Shown: positions 37,436 to 50,598 of the stretch, piece by piece
Layout of the letters: each line of letters begins with the position of its first letter
How positions within the stretch are numbered: the first letter of the stretch is position 1
Source: Mobula birostris
Taxonomy: Eukaryota
Assembly: GCF_030028105.1 (NCBI RefSeq)
Contig: NC_092383.1
Coordinates: 96,805,604-96,869,603, forward strand
Direction: 5' to 3'
DNA length: 64,000 nucleotides
Made by a program: the position numbers and the translations under genes
Notes under the pieces: model-generated
What the model saw: only the letters and a program-made list of their open reading frames with translations
Databases searched by the model: none
What the model was told of the DNA's origin: nothing

Positions 37436-38797
37436 CTGAGGGTGTGAGGGAGAGATGAAAGATGAATAAAGAAGATCCTTGTGGACACCTCGATCCCCAA
37501 CTCCCCCATCCCACCCCCAACACTCCAGAGTGAACTTCAAGCCAATCTCACCTCATTTTTACCCAACGGTTTAACCCTTCCCTCACCAGTCACTTGCTGC
37601 TGGAGGAAGTTCCCACGTGCACTACCCACACTCATCGACAAACTCTCCTCCATTTCCTGTTTATAGCTCTCTATTCCAGGAATTCTCTCCATTTCCATGT
37701 CGTTAGTTACTCCTGTGTGTGGTCCCAGCATCCCTTCGAAACCTGAGTGAGTCCCAGCCCCAACCTGCCCTGAATCTGGTCCAACACAAAACACAGCCCA
37801 GTCTATTCTGTCATTCTCTCCATCTCCACTCTGCCTGCCCAGATTATGATGAAGGCTTGAGTCTGTGTCATTTCTTTCATCTCTGTTCTCACACCCTCTC
37901 CGACCAAAAGCACCAATACGGTTCCTCTGGCCGTCTCCTTCTACCCCACTCTCCTCCCCATTCAGTGCATCAACATCTATGATTCCTGGCCTTTCAATGA
38001 GACTCCATTGAAACATAGAGCATTGCAGTGTCAAAACAAACCCTTCAGTCCATCTAGCCCATTCCTAGTCCCATTGTTACACATCTGGACATCACCTTCC
38101 ACATCCCTCCCAGTATTTATCCAAATTTCTGTTAGACATTGAAAACAAACCTGGTTCCAACCCTTCCACGTGCAACTTGTTCCACCCCGAGTGAAGAAAT
38201 TCCCCCACCTTCCCCTATAACTCTGGTCCTCAAGTCCTGATACTCTGCACTCTTTCAATCTTATTGATACTTTTCCCGTAAGTAGGTGACCAGAATTGCA
38301 CAAATACTCCAAATTAGGCCTCTCCAAGGTCTTATACAATTTCAACATAACATCCCAACTCCTATACTCAATACGTTGATTTATGAAGCTTTTTCATGAT
38401 GACCCGATCTACCTGTGACACCACTTTCAAGAAATTATGGTTTTCCATTCCCAGATCTCTCTACTCTACTACACTCTTCAGTGCCCAATTGCTCCTCATT
38501 TAAGTCCCACCCTGGTTTAGTTCCCAAAGGTCAAGGCTTCATACTCGTCTGCATTAAATTCCATTTGCCAATTCTGAGTCAGTAGTTCGAGTTGCTGTCA
38601 CTTTGATTCTCTATCCTGCTCCCACTCTGACACACTGATTCTGATTTCTGACATTGCTCCAGTGGAGATCATTGAATGGACGAGGGCCCGTCTCCAGCAG
38701 GATCTGATGCAGTACGTGGGGCTCTCTCTCCTTTTATAGAGCTGATGTTCAGAACAGTTTAACCAGCTGAAGGGTTTCTTTGACAACTGTCTGATTC

Positions 38798-41700
38798 TGT
38801 CAATACCTCCAGTTGAACTGTCTTTTTGTGTGTTTCCCCCTAGCCGTCAGTCTGTGGTTTTGTATTTCCATGTGCTCTTGTTTGTTTTCATGCCTCATGT
38901 GTTCCTGTCCCCGCTCCTGCTCTACCTGGCCCCGGTATTACTGAGTACTCCGTCTCTCACCTGTTTCTCATTATTACCTGTATTGCTGCCCCCTGTGTCT
39001 CATTGTGCTCCACCTATCATCTGCCTCTCTGTTTATTGCTCAGTGTATTTCAGTCCTGTGTTTTCACCTGTTTATGGCCAGATTGTGCCAATGAATTTTC
39101 CTGAGCCTTTCCAGCATTTGTATCTGTACTCTGTCTGTCTGAATATCAACTCTGCCTGTTTGCTGATTCTGGTTTTTGGATTTCTCTGGAACTTCTGATC
39201 AATGCATGAACTTTGACACTGACCTTGTTTGCACCTTGGGATTTGTAACTCAATAATATCACTGTGTGCACAGTACTGGGTCTGTGATTGGATCCCTGCT
39301 CCAGTGTCCCGACAGTACAATCTGGACAGAATGGAACCAACAGACCCTGGTTGTCTGAGAGCTGCCCTGGAACAATTGGGAGTGATGCTGGTGAGACCCC
39401 AGAACCAGCTGGAGTCGGTGTTCAGGGCAGCGGAGTCGGTTTCTGCTGATGTAGCCCCCCTTGTGGCCCAGGCTCAGTCACTCCAGCTGCCCCAGAGCAT
39501 CCATCAACATTCTGTCACTGCATCTTCTACCCCACCCTCTGTGTCCCCGCGTGCTCCTCCTGTCCAAAAGCCCTGTCTGCCTCCTCCAGAAAGGTACTCA
39601 GGTGAGCCCGGTACCTGTCGCTCTTTACTTTCCCAGTGCACCCTCATTTTTGAATTACAACCAACAACATTTCTGACTGATCGAGCCAAGGTAGCCTACA
39701 TCATCACCCAACTGTCTGGTTGGGCGAGAGAATGGAGAACAGCTGTCTGGGAGGCAGGTTCCCCTTTCTGCTATAGTTTTCAGTTATTTTCTGAGGAGAT
39801 GAGAAAAAGTGTTTGATTACTCCAAATATGGGAGAGACACTGCCCATGAAATGCTGCACATGCATCAGGGGTGCAGATCTGTGTCAGATTACGCCATAGA
39901 GTTCCACCTCCAGTGGCTGGAACTCGGAGGCACAGTACGACACCTTCCTGAACGGCCTCTCCGAAGACATCAAAGATGAGCTGGTCACCCAGGAGCTTCC
40001 TGTGACCTTTGAAGCCCTGGCGAATTTGGCCATCCGTATTGATGTTCGCTTTCAGCAGCGCTGCAGAGCGAGGGGTTCCAAGCTCCTCGTCAGTCTACGT
40101 TACCCTGCTGTTTGACCTCATCTACAATTCCCGTACCAGAGCCCGAGGCTCTGCACGTTGACTGTACCCGCCTGAGGCCGACTGAAAGACAAAGGAGAAT
40201 CAGCACCCGCTCCTGTCTGTACTGTGGCCAACCAGGACATTTCATCTCCACCTCATCTCCATTGAATCTCCATTTCATCTCCAAGTGCTCACCAGTAGGA
40301 TGAGGAGTATTGGTGAGCGTGACCCCTGTCTGGCCCTCCTTGATGCCACTCACTCTCATACCTGCTTCTCTGGAGTGGGACACCCAACAGCGAGCAGTCT
40401 CCATCCTGGTCAACTCTGGTGTGGAGGGGTGTTTTATCGATTCTGGGTTGGCTGCCCAGTGGGGATTATCCACATCTGCTCTCCAGTCACCATTGATGAA
40501 CAATGCCTTGAACGGTCAGAGACCGGCTGATATCACCCATGTCACGGCCCCAGTGAGTCTCAGTTTATCTGGCAACCATCATGAACAGTTAACCCTTTAT
40601 GTTATTGACTCCTCAAACTCCTATTGTCCTGGACATCCCTGGTTAGTTAAACACAACCCCCACATTGACTGTCCCAGTCACAGGTTTGTAGGCTGGAGCC
40701 CATTCTGTCACTCCCACTGTCTCCGCCATGCTCAGATCCCCTTGTCTCCAAGCCCAGATCCCCCTCGAGGAATTCCGGACCTTAATGCCATCCCTCCTCA
40801 AGGCTGTATTCAGCAAGTCCCGGGCACTTCCCTGCCGCCTCATCGTCCATATGATTGTGCCACTGACCCCTTGCCTGACACATCTTCCCCAAGGGGAGCC
40901 TGTATTCCCTGTCTGTACCTGAAACAGAAGCCATGAATAAGTACATTCAACAGTCCCTGGCTGCAGGCATCATCCAGCCGTCTTCCTCCCCTGCTGGTGC
41001 CGGTTTGTTCTTTCTTGAAAAGAAGGACGGCTCCTTGCGTCCATGCATTGATTACCGGGGACTGAATGAAGTCACTGTTAAGAACCGTTTCCCTCTTCCA
41101 CTCATGACCTCGGTGTTTGAACTACTGCAAGGAGACTCAGTTTTCACCAAGCTTGATCTCCGTAACGCCGACCATCTTGTCCGCATGCGCAAAGTGGACA
41201 AGTGGAAGAGAGCCTTCAACACCACCTCAGGCCATTACGAGTATCTGGTTATGCCATTTGGTCTCACCAATGCCCTGGCCGTCTTCCAAGCCCTGGTAAA
41301 TGACGTTCTCAGGGACGTGCTGAACCAATTTGTTTTTGTGTATCTCGACAACATTTTGATTTATTTTCTAAGGCCCTTGCTGAGCACACAGGTCATGTCC
41401 ACAGTGTTTTCCAGCCCCTTCTGGAGAATCAGATCTTTGTGAAGGCTGAGAAATGTGAGCTTCATCGCAATACAGTCTCCTTTCTGGGGTATGTAATTCC
41501 AGGCGGTTCCATTCAGATGGACCAACAGAAGGTCAAGGCAGTGGTCAAAAGGCCTCCATCTTTGACTTGTCAGGAGTTGCAACGCTTCTTGATTTTGGTA
41601 ACTTCTATTGCCGCTTCATCAGAAATTACAGTACACTGGCTGTATCCCTCACTGCTTTACGTCATTGCCTGTCAGATTACCTGATCCCCTGCTGCTGAAA

Positions 41701-42998
41701 AAGCATTCTCTGACCTGAATGAATGTTTCTCCTCTGCCCCCATCCTGATTCAACACGAAACCAACTGGCAGTTCATTCTGGAGGTGGACACATCTGACAT
41801 TGGTGTAGGAGTTGTTCTCTCTCAGCGTTCGGCCAAGGATGAGAAGGTACACCTCTGCACATTCTTCTCTCACCGCTTCACTCCCACCGAGCGGAATTAC
41901 GATGTTGGAAACCGGGAACTGCTGGCTGTGAAGCTCGCTCTGGAGGAGTGGAGGCATTGGCTGGAGGGAGCCAAGGTGCCATTCTTAGTCTGGACTGATC
42001 ACAAGAATCTGGAATATATCCATATGGCCAAGCACCTCAACTCCCGTCAAACTTGTTGGTCCCAGTTTTTCTCAAGATTCAATTTTACTCTGTCCTTCTG
42101 CCCCGATTCCAAGGATGGAAAACCTGATGCCCTCTCCTGAAGATTTCCTTCCACTAAGACCCCTGAGGTACCTGATGTCATCCTCCCTGCTCACTGTCTC
42201 ATGGGTGCAGTGCAAAGGGACATTGAATCCATTGTGTAAGTTGCTCAACAGATCAAGGCAGCCCCTAGTCAATGCCCCACTAATCGTGTTGATGTTCCCA
42301 GCTCTGTCCGCTCACAGGTATTGCAGTGGGGTCATTGATCCCAGTTATCCTGTCACCCTGGAACCAAGCGTACTCAGGCCTTCATCAGTCGGCGGTTTGT
42401 ATGGATTCCACCCACAGACCAACGGCCAGACCGAGTGGGCAAACCAACAGCTGGAGACTGTATTGCGGTGCCTGGCCTCCCAGAACCCCTCCACGTGGAG
42501 TCAGCAGCTACCCTGGGACGAGTACGCCATAAACTCTCATCCGTCCTCTTCCACTGGTCTGTCCCCCTTCGAGTGCTGCCTTGGCTAGCAACCTCCACTG
42601 TTTCCTGCCCAGGAGGAGGAGGTTGGCGTTCCATCTGCCGAGGCATTCATCCGCTGTTGTCAGTGGACATGGAGGCACACTCGCTCTGCCCTTCTCCGTG
42701 CCTCCGCTAGGATCAAGCGTCAAGCTGACCGCCATCGCTGCAAGGCCCCACGTTACCATGAGGGACAGCGTATGTGGCTTTCAACCCGAGACCTGCCCCT
42801 CCAGGTGGATTCCTGAAAGTTCACCCCCCTGTAACATCCTGGACCTCTCTCTCATCACCCCACCTGTAACATCCTGGACCTCTCTCTCATCAGGGACTTT
42901 TGACGTCAGCACCCAGCTCTACCTGTTGTGATGCCAGGAGGTGTATGTAGAGGTGAGGGAACTGTCAGTACCTCCAATTGAACTGTGTATTTGTGTGT
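38798..42998 (+). mobile_element. Degenerate Ty3/Gypsy (Sushi-like) LTR retrotransposon, unit 2 only
   Basis: 5' LTR TGT...ACA at 38798-39314. gag from 39331 (PPERYSGEPGTCR..AKVAYIITQLSG; knuckle CLYCGQPGH), protease LVNSG, RT VYLDNIL, RNase [15 protein letters not shown], integrase HPQTNGQTE. Many frameshifts. Purine tract, then a 36-bp 3' LTR stub at 42963. Confidence 0.92.
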
Positions 42999-44183
42999 CC
43001 TTTCACCCTTAACCCATGACCTCTAATTCTACTCTGACCCAACGTCAGAGGGAAAAGCCTACTTGCAATTACATTATAAATATCCCTCAATTTTGTAAAC
43101 CTCAATCCCTTTCTTCCCCTACTCGATCCCAGAGGAGGTCTCTGTCTCCAACCCATGTTCATGATTTTCTATCTTCTGTTTTCTATTTCTCATCTTCTGA
43201 TGTTCTCCTCCTTCAAATGGTGAATATTAACATGAGGATGAAGAATGTTGTAAGGTGAAGTCACCAGAGAGACACCAAAGCTGCTGGATATAGAAATGTC
43301 TGATTTCCAAAAACAGGCATCATATTGAGACAATCTTGAAAGAAACGGCCTCCTGACCCAATATTACATAATACTGTGACATGCTAAAGGTCAAAGGTTA
43401 ATGCAGGATTATTGTAAAGTTACAATGTACCAACAATGCTTCCTTGGCCTTACATATATTTTTCACCTACTTTGTCATTCACACCCACACTCCAGACGCA
43501 CAAAATGAATGTTCATCAGAATTGTCTGGTTTGCAATCAACTCCAGTCCACAGCTACAGGAAAACTACTGTTCAGAGCTGCATTTTAAATTCAATCTACA
43601 ATCCACCTTCATGTCTGAAGATGGGTTGTGGTGAGATTAATATTTGTAATTCCTTAACTGCACAATGTGCCCTAACAGAGGAGTAATTCAGTGTAATGAA
43701 CACACAGGGTCTCACTCAGCACAGCACAGCACAGCATGAAGGCTGAGGAATAAACACCTTGCTGAGCTCAGACCTCAGTCTGGGCAATTAACAGGCAGTG
43801 CCTTCTGAAAATGGGATCACTGAGCATGACAGACCAGGCCTTTGACTGGAGATACAGTGTGTAACTGTGACCCACAGATACAGACTGTTCAGGCCACTCA
43901 CACCAGGTCCATTCTCCCTGTGTGCTGAGCTCCCTCCGTTTCAGATACATGAGATTCCCCAATGTTGGTTCAATCCCTTCCGGCTCCTGTCTCAGTCTCA
44001 GTGAATGTGACGGGTGTATCACACTGACTCAGCCTCACTACACTGGGACCGTGAGCCCAGCTCTGGACACGGGTAGTTAGTGGGGTTCAATAAACAGGGA
44101 AACACAGAATCTGCCCTCACCCATCCATTAGGGGTGCTTCAGGAACTGGTGAAACCCAGGCCCCTCCGCGGTGTCTCACTCAC

Positions 44184-44504
44184 CATACACCTCCAGTCGC
44201 ACTGTTGTTTTATTTCCAGCTCCTGAACTTGCAGCTGTAAAAATCAGCTCATAATCACCAGAATCCTCTCTCCGTAGATTATGGATTTCCAGACTGACGT
44301 TCCCAGGATGAAAGGTTATCCTGTTCTTGTACCGCTCATTACTGTAGTAGCTGATGTTCCCATTCGAGTACTTCACAATCCTGATTCTGGGCGATACCCG
44401 AATCCAATGAACCTCATCGTCCGGTCTGACTGGGATCCCAGAAGGTAAGGAGACTGAGTGTCCCTGAGTTCCGGTCACAGTGGTAGAGGGAGCCCCAGTC
44501 CCAG
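44184..44504 (-). CDS. Gene B exon 2, IgV domain
   Basis: SGTGAPSTTVTGTQGHSVSLPSGIPVRPDDEVHW...REDSGDYELIF...VRLEVY. No Cys, 321 nt, AG/GT intact. Confidence 0.93.
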
Positions 44505-44781
44505 CTGAGGAGACGAGACAAGACAGTCCGTAGGTGAGGTCAGTGATAGGAAGAGGAATCAGACCTGGGAAAATCAAAGACACGGGAGGAAGCCAAGCGG
44601 CCCATTATGTTGTTCCCAGCCCTGTGAGACAGACAGCACAAAGTTAGTGTTGTTTCATGCCGAGACCCTTCATCGGGACTCCAGACTCTCTGTACCCAGC
44701 ACTCAGAAATGAAGTTGCAGCCTGCAGCCCGATATCAATGGTCAGGTGGGGGGGGGGGGGGAGGTCACAGATATTTTCTAG

Positions 44782-45760
44782 TGTCACGAACTCCGTGACA
44801 GGAATCAAGAACCAGCAGAGATGGAAAACACTTTGGAGTCAAGTATTACTATAAAGTAATAATATTTATTAGTAACTATGCAATACAGTAATATAAATGT
44901 AAATAGATCAAACAGGTTAGCAATGATTTTATATATATAAGTAAGTATCGGTAAGTGTGGAAATATATGTATGAAAAACCAAGCTTCTTTAAGTCTAGGG
45001 GTAAATAGATTAATCTTACGATGATGAGTAAAGTTCAGTTCAGTTCAGTTCGTGGTATTGATTTGAGTAGTGATGGAGAGAGAGAGAGAGAGGGAGAGAT
45101 TTGAATCTTCAGGTGAGCTGACGCCGTCGATCTTCTCGTTGTCCTTTGAAATCCTTTAAAGGTCACCGACTGTGACTTTAACAAAGGGGACTGGTTTTCT
45201 GTGGTGGAGCTATGCCCCAGGCCAGGGTGGACACATGGACAACTACACACCAGTCAACCCCTTTCCTCTTTTCACTGCAAGAGCGATGGATCGATCCGCC
45301 TGATCGATCCTCCAACACCCACTTTTTCTGCAGGCACAACAATGCTCATTCAGTGTCCAAACATGTGTCTGAGGTCTGTATCATCTGACCTCCTATTTAT
45401 CTTCTCGTGCTGAGCATCAATTGTCACTCAAATAACTCCTCCTTCCTCTCTCTGTGAAGAAATGCAAGCAGGCAAAAAGTCCTTGAAGAAGTATCAACAA
45501 CCTGCCAAAAATCATAACATCGAGTATCCATTAAATAACACTGCCTTCGGTCACCATAGCAACTTACGAACTGCTTGGTGCTGTCTCCAACTCCAGCAGA
45601 AATCCAACAGTTAACCAGTTCTTTCACGTTCCTTAAAGTGACAGTCCCACAGAGAGTCTTTGTCTCTCTCTCTTTTACAAAGAAGCTATCGGTGGTAAAT
45701 AACTCTCTCTCTCTCTTTTCAAAAGCACAGTTCATAGGGGTACTTCAGGGTCCCGTCACA
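44782..45760 (-). mobile_element. Solo LTR (979 bp), unit 2 only
   Basis: TGT...ACA termini, 4-bp TSD CTAG on both sides, minus-strand AATAAA ~85 bp from the 3' end. Absent at 17130-17150. Confidence 0.8.
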
Positions 45761-48700
45761 CTAGGAAGTTTGGGGTGAGATACTGCGATACCCTCACTGT
45801 GAGTGTGCAGGCGTCAGGAAGTTGATTGATCAGACTCAAGGTGACAACCACTCAGCCGGAATTGTCACTGAATCTGGGACCCCCAAGCTCTCCTCCAGAG
45901 CTGGTCCAGCACAACTTGAGCCGTCTCTGGGAAATGTCCCACAGGCTGCACCTCCCGTCCCCAGGGGGTTCCTTGCACCGGCTGCTCCTGTACACTCTGC
46001 ACTGTCCGACCCTCACCTGTTGCCTGGACCTCCAGTGTCAGGTGGTGAGGGTGGAGTCCCAGTTAGAGTCTGTCTGTGAGGACTCTGCCACTCCTCATCA
46101 GACCTTGGAGCAAAGAGGGTGAACAGTCCAATGCTACAGTTTCTGTTGTGCGAGAGGGTCAGAATTCCCTGTTTAGATGGATAGAGGTGTCTAGTGAGCT
46201 GCTGTCAGCAGCCTGTGCCCCACCAGGGGTGATTGGCTTAAGAAGGGTGTAAGAGAATCTAGCTGGATGTGGTAGTGGAGATGGTGTCTAGCCTGACCTA
46301 CCGGACCAGGCTTCCTGTTGAATAGTTCACGTCTATACATTGTCGTCAATCTCCTTTTGTCCATGTTCTCCCTGTTCCAACTGCTCCCAATCATCCATTG
46401 ACCAGATAATCTTGTAGCCAGCTTATCCCTATTGGAGACATGCCCACAGCTGCTTTCCCCACAGTTTCTTCTTCTCCACAAACGTCTTAATCTTTGTATT
46501 ATTACCCAACCCACAAACACATCCTAATGCAGTTAATGGGATCAGGGAGGAGTGACTCAGAGCCTGGTGTGGCTTTCAGTTCCTGTGGCACTGGCATTAG
46601 TACTGGAGAAGGAGAGCACTGTTCCACTGGGACAGACTGTGATCAGAATTCCACTGAATCCAATCACGAGGGAGGTAGACTGAGTTTAAATTCCACAAAA
46701 CTGTGTTGGGAGGAGGACCCCAATGCTGGGAAATCTGGAAGGTTGAAGAGGAGCAACAAGGAAGGGGAGAAGGGTCTCGATAACCAGGAGGAGAACAAAC
46801 TGAATTTGTCTAAATCTAAACAAACTACTGAAGATCATATGTGTGAGTTCACTCTGCAGGTAAGTGATCATGATGCTTTTGTCATGGTGTCAGAACAGCA
46901 TAGACCTCAACATAATCAAGACAGAAGATCTAGTTTTTGACCCAAGGAAGTGTGTGTGTGTAGACAACCCTGCTCTGACCAAAACAGCTACTGTAGAGAT
47001 GGTTGACAGATTCGAAGCAGACATCCTTATCAACAGCATAGTCTCTTGGTCTCTCCAACTCAGACAGTGGCCAAGAAAGCACGTCAACCCAAATTGAATA
47101 AAAGTGATCAATACAAACAGAGCTTAAAAATCCCCGTGACCCCAAATGAGACACTGAACACAAAGTGAAAACCCACTTTGTTCAAAGATAAGCCATTAGA
47201 CATGAAAAGTTCACAATCGAAGGAACACTACATACCCATGAGGTGACACTGAGAAAATACAATCCACATACAAACTGATAAAATCCCTTTCTTCTTGAAA
47301 ACAACCCATAGTTCTGACACAGACACCTTACTCAAGTTTCCCATTGTGTGATACATGTTCTTTCTCTCACTCTCTCACACACACATTCAGACACAGAAAC
47401 ACACACAAACTGACACACAGAAACACACGCACACAGACACACAGAAACACACACACACAGACAATTGCGTATGCTTAGACACGTGCGCACTCACACACGC
47501 ACAAACACACACACAAGTGCGCACAGGTGCACACACACAGACACAGAGATGCAGACACACTCTCATGCAAACACTCACACTCTCTTCTCTGTTGTTCCAT
47601 TGTGTGATCCGGGTTCACAAACACTTTGCTGAGCTCGTGTCAACACGACGAGCAGGAGCAGGAAGCGGACGTGCTACCATTGAACCATACAACATATTCA
47701 ACTGTTCCTGACTAAAACATTTTCTTGACATTTTCCTTGATCTCCTTAATATCTAGAAATCTATCAATGAAAGAAGAATTTCCGGATCACCGGAGAATCC
47801 CAGTGATTTACCACAGTATGCCGGCTGGCTTCGTAATGGCCTGGTATGGGAACACCACGTATTTGAGTGGAAAATCCTACAAAATGTAATGAATTCGGTC
47901 CAGTACATTGCGGATAAAACCTTCCCAGCCACTGAAAGAATCTACATGAAACATTGCCATAATCAAAGATCCTCACCACCCAGGCCATGCTCTTTTCTCA
48001 CTGCTGTCATCAGATAGAAGGTACAAGTGCCTCAGGACCTACACCATCAGGTTCAAGAACAGGTTATTTATTGATATTTATTTATATTTACATTTTCACA
48101 GTTTGTTGTGTATTGATCCTGTTTACAGTTACTGTTCTATAGATTTGCTCAGTATGCCCGCAGAGAAAGAATCTCAGGGTTGTATGAGGTGACATCTCTA
48201 CTCTGATAATAAAACTTATTTTGAACTTTTTGAATAGAGGCCTAGTCTATTACCCACACTAGTGACATGTCAGACCCACCACATCAGAAACCAGTCTGGT
48301 GAATCTTTGTGATAATTCCCCTTCAGCTTCCATTTCTCACCCATTATCACAGATTCCAACATTGTCCCCGCTCCCAGTGTCAGCTGGGGAGATGTGTGGT
48401 TCCCAGCTGTCTCTCTCTCCCTCCTTTTTGAAACAGTCTGTAGGAACCATTCCTGAAACTGTAGAGTTTGCCAGATGATAACCAGGAAGTTGAGTAACTC
48501 TACTGACACCTTGCCACAGACTCCGGGATGGAGATCATCAGGCCTGTGTCAATTATCCATTTTCATGATGTTATTTCATCATTGACGCTGATTGATTTTA
48601 TTTCTACACTAGCATTCAACACTTGTCTATCCTGTATTTCTGGCAGGTTTTTGTGTGTTCCACAAAGACACACAAAAAGCCATGGTTATTTCCTCTACTG

Positions 48701-49517
48701 TTCCTTCATTCCCCATTACAAAGACCCACGTCTGTCTGTAAGGGAACTACAGTTGTACCTGCTGCTGTGTTTGTTTCATGTCCTGATTCTGGCTCTCACA
48801 GTCTGTTTTTAATATCCTTCAACTTTCCATTTTCGCTTTCTTCAACGATATATCTGTTACCCTTTGCTGTGTTCATAATCAGTCTCAATCCTCAGGCTTA
48901 CGACTCATTCTACAGGTTAACAACTGTTTCTGGCAATGATATCAGGATTTTATTTATCATTCTCTCTCACTGCTTCTATGTCCAATATTGTGATTTGGGC
49001 TATTGACAGATCGACAGTCTGTCTGCCGAGAGAGAGTGAAAACCAGCACTTGGGACCAAAAAGGGAGATGACTGTTAACAATTTCCATTCTCTTTCTCCA
49101 TTCCAGTGCCCCTCCACCACTTCCTGCCCCCACCATCCACCATTCCTACAGCGATTCCCCATGAGGAGCTTTTCCCATGAAACATCTCCAGACCAGATCC
49201 CAGTTTCTGGGTTCTGGGTCACATGTACTGAATTCCACATCTCTGCCAATCCTTCTCAATCCTGTGAACAACTGATACGTGTTTCTCAAGCTCCATTTCC
49301 AGAATTAGAAGCAGGGTGGTTCTACGGCTACAGAAAGAGCCAATCCTCTGTCCCAATACCCACCAGTAACCAAACTTTTCTTGCTCTCTATGTCAAACTC
49401 GTGTTTTATGAGAGTGTGACAGGAGAAGCAGCTTCACTGCGTCCAACCTACACTCTCCTTGCCCTGGTAGTGTGGGACCCAGAAATGCCCAAGTCCAGAA
49501 AGTAACATCAAACTTAC

Positions 49518-49572
49518 AGAGTGAGGCACAGAGAGTTAGCCAGCAGGAGATCAGCCGTTGCCTGGTGTTCAT
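49518..49572 (-). CDS. CD2/SLAM-like gene B exon 1, signal peptide MNTRQRLISCWLTLCASL
   Basis: Paralog of 21387-21441 with the GTAAGT donor intact. Confidence 0.85.
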
Positions 49573-49760
49573 TGTTCTCACAGAACAGTATAGACGTTGG
49601 TGGGTTGCACAAAGCTTCCTCTCCTAGTGGGTACGTTGTGAAGAGCAGTCTACAAGAGAGTACGTGCTGTGATATACAGAGGTGTGATCAGAAGCAGAAA
49701 ACCATAGCGCTTGACGTCATGAGCGGACTGACTGATGTCAGTATTTCACCACACACCAAA
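49573..49760 (-). promoter_or_regulatory. Candidate proximal promoter of gene B
   Basis: Perfect CRE TGACGTCA at 49712-49719 and an ETS core at 49615-49620. Confidence 0.35.
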
Positions 49761-50420
49761 TAAGAACAATAAAATCAGGAGGATTTTTGGCCCCTTGTTC
49801 CTGCTCCACAATCAATGAGACTATGACTGATCTTTTATCTCATCACCACAGTCCTGACCAGAAGAATAAAAAAGCCAACATAGAGTGGTGGATATGGCCC
49901 AGTCCATCAGAAGAAAAACCCTCCCCACCACTGAGCAGATCTACAAGGAGCACTGCGACAAGAAAGCAACGTGCATCATCAAGGACCCCGACCATCCAGT
50001 CCATAATCTCCTTTCATTGCTGCTGTCAGAAAGGAGGTACGGACCTCAGGTTCCACACCACCAGGTTCAGGAACAGTTACACATCAGACTCCTGAACCAG
50101 TGTGGATAACTTCACACACCGCCACTCTGAATTGATTCCACAACCTATGGACTCACTTTCAAGGATTTCATGTTGTAGAGCATATGAGGAGCATTTGATG
50201 GCTCTGGGTCTGTACTCACTGAAATTTAGAAGAATGAGTGGAAATTTCATTGAAACCTATCGCATGTTGAAAGACCTCGACAGAGGACATAAGAGAACGC
50301 TTCTTATGGTGTAGGGGTGTAGGACCAGAGGACACAGCCTCCGAATCTGTCAGTCAGTCAGCGGGTGCCATTCGAATCTGGGGTTGGGGGCTATGCACCT
50401 CCATCTTCTTCCATCTTGCG

Positions 50421-50598
50421 ACAGCACTGAGTACAGCCTCTCCTCCAGTTTGTTCTCACTGGCCGCCTTGGCACTGCCCTGCGCCGCCCCTGCCGAACTT
50501 GAGCCCGAGACAATGTTGGCCTCCAGCCGCGGCCGCTTCTTCGAGCTCAGCCCTTCCTTAGGCGGAGGCCTTGGGCAGGTCCGGGCATACGGTGCAGC
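50421..50598 (-). pseudogene. CYHR1: 178-bp circularly permuted CYHR1/ZFTRAF1 fragment (unit 2)
   Basis: CTVCPDLPKAS, then KEGLSSKKRPRLEA...KLEERLYSVL. The end GTGCTGT plus the start GCTGCACC restores VLCCT exactly. Confidence 0.8.

Noticed and set aside
39331-42760. Gypsy gag-pol as a domesticated RTL1/PEG10-like gene
   Set aside because: Multiple stops and frameshifts, broken catalytic motifs (YLDN, LVNSG), and present in only one unit.
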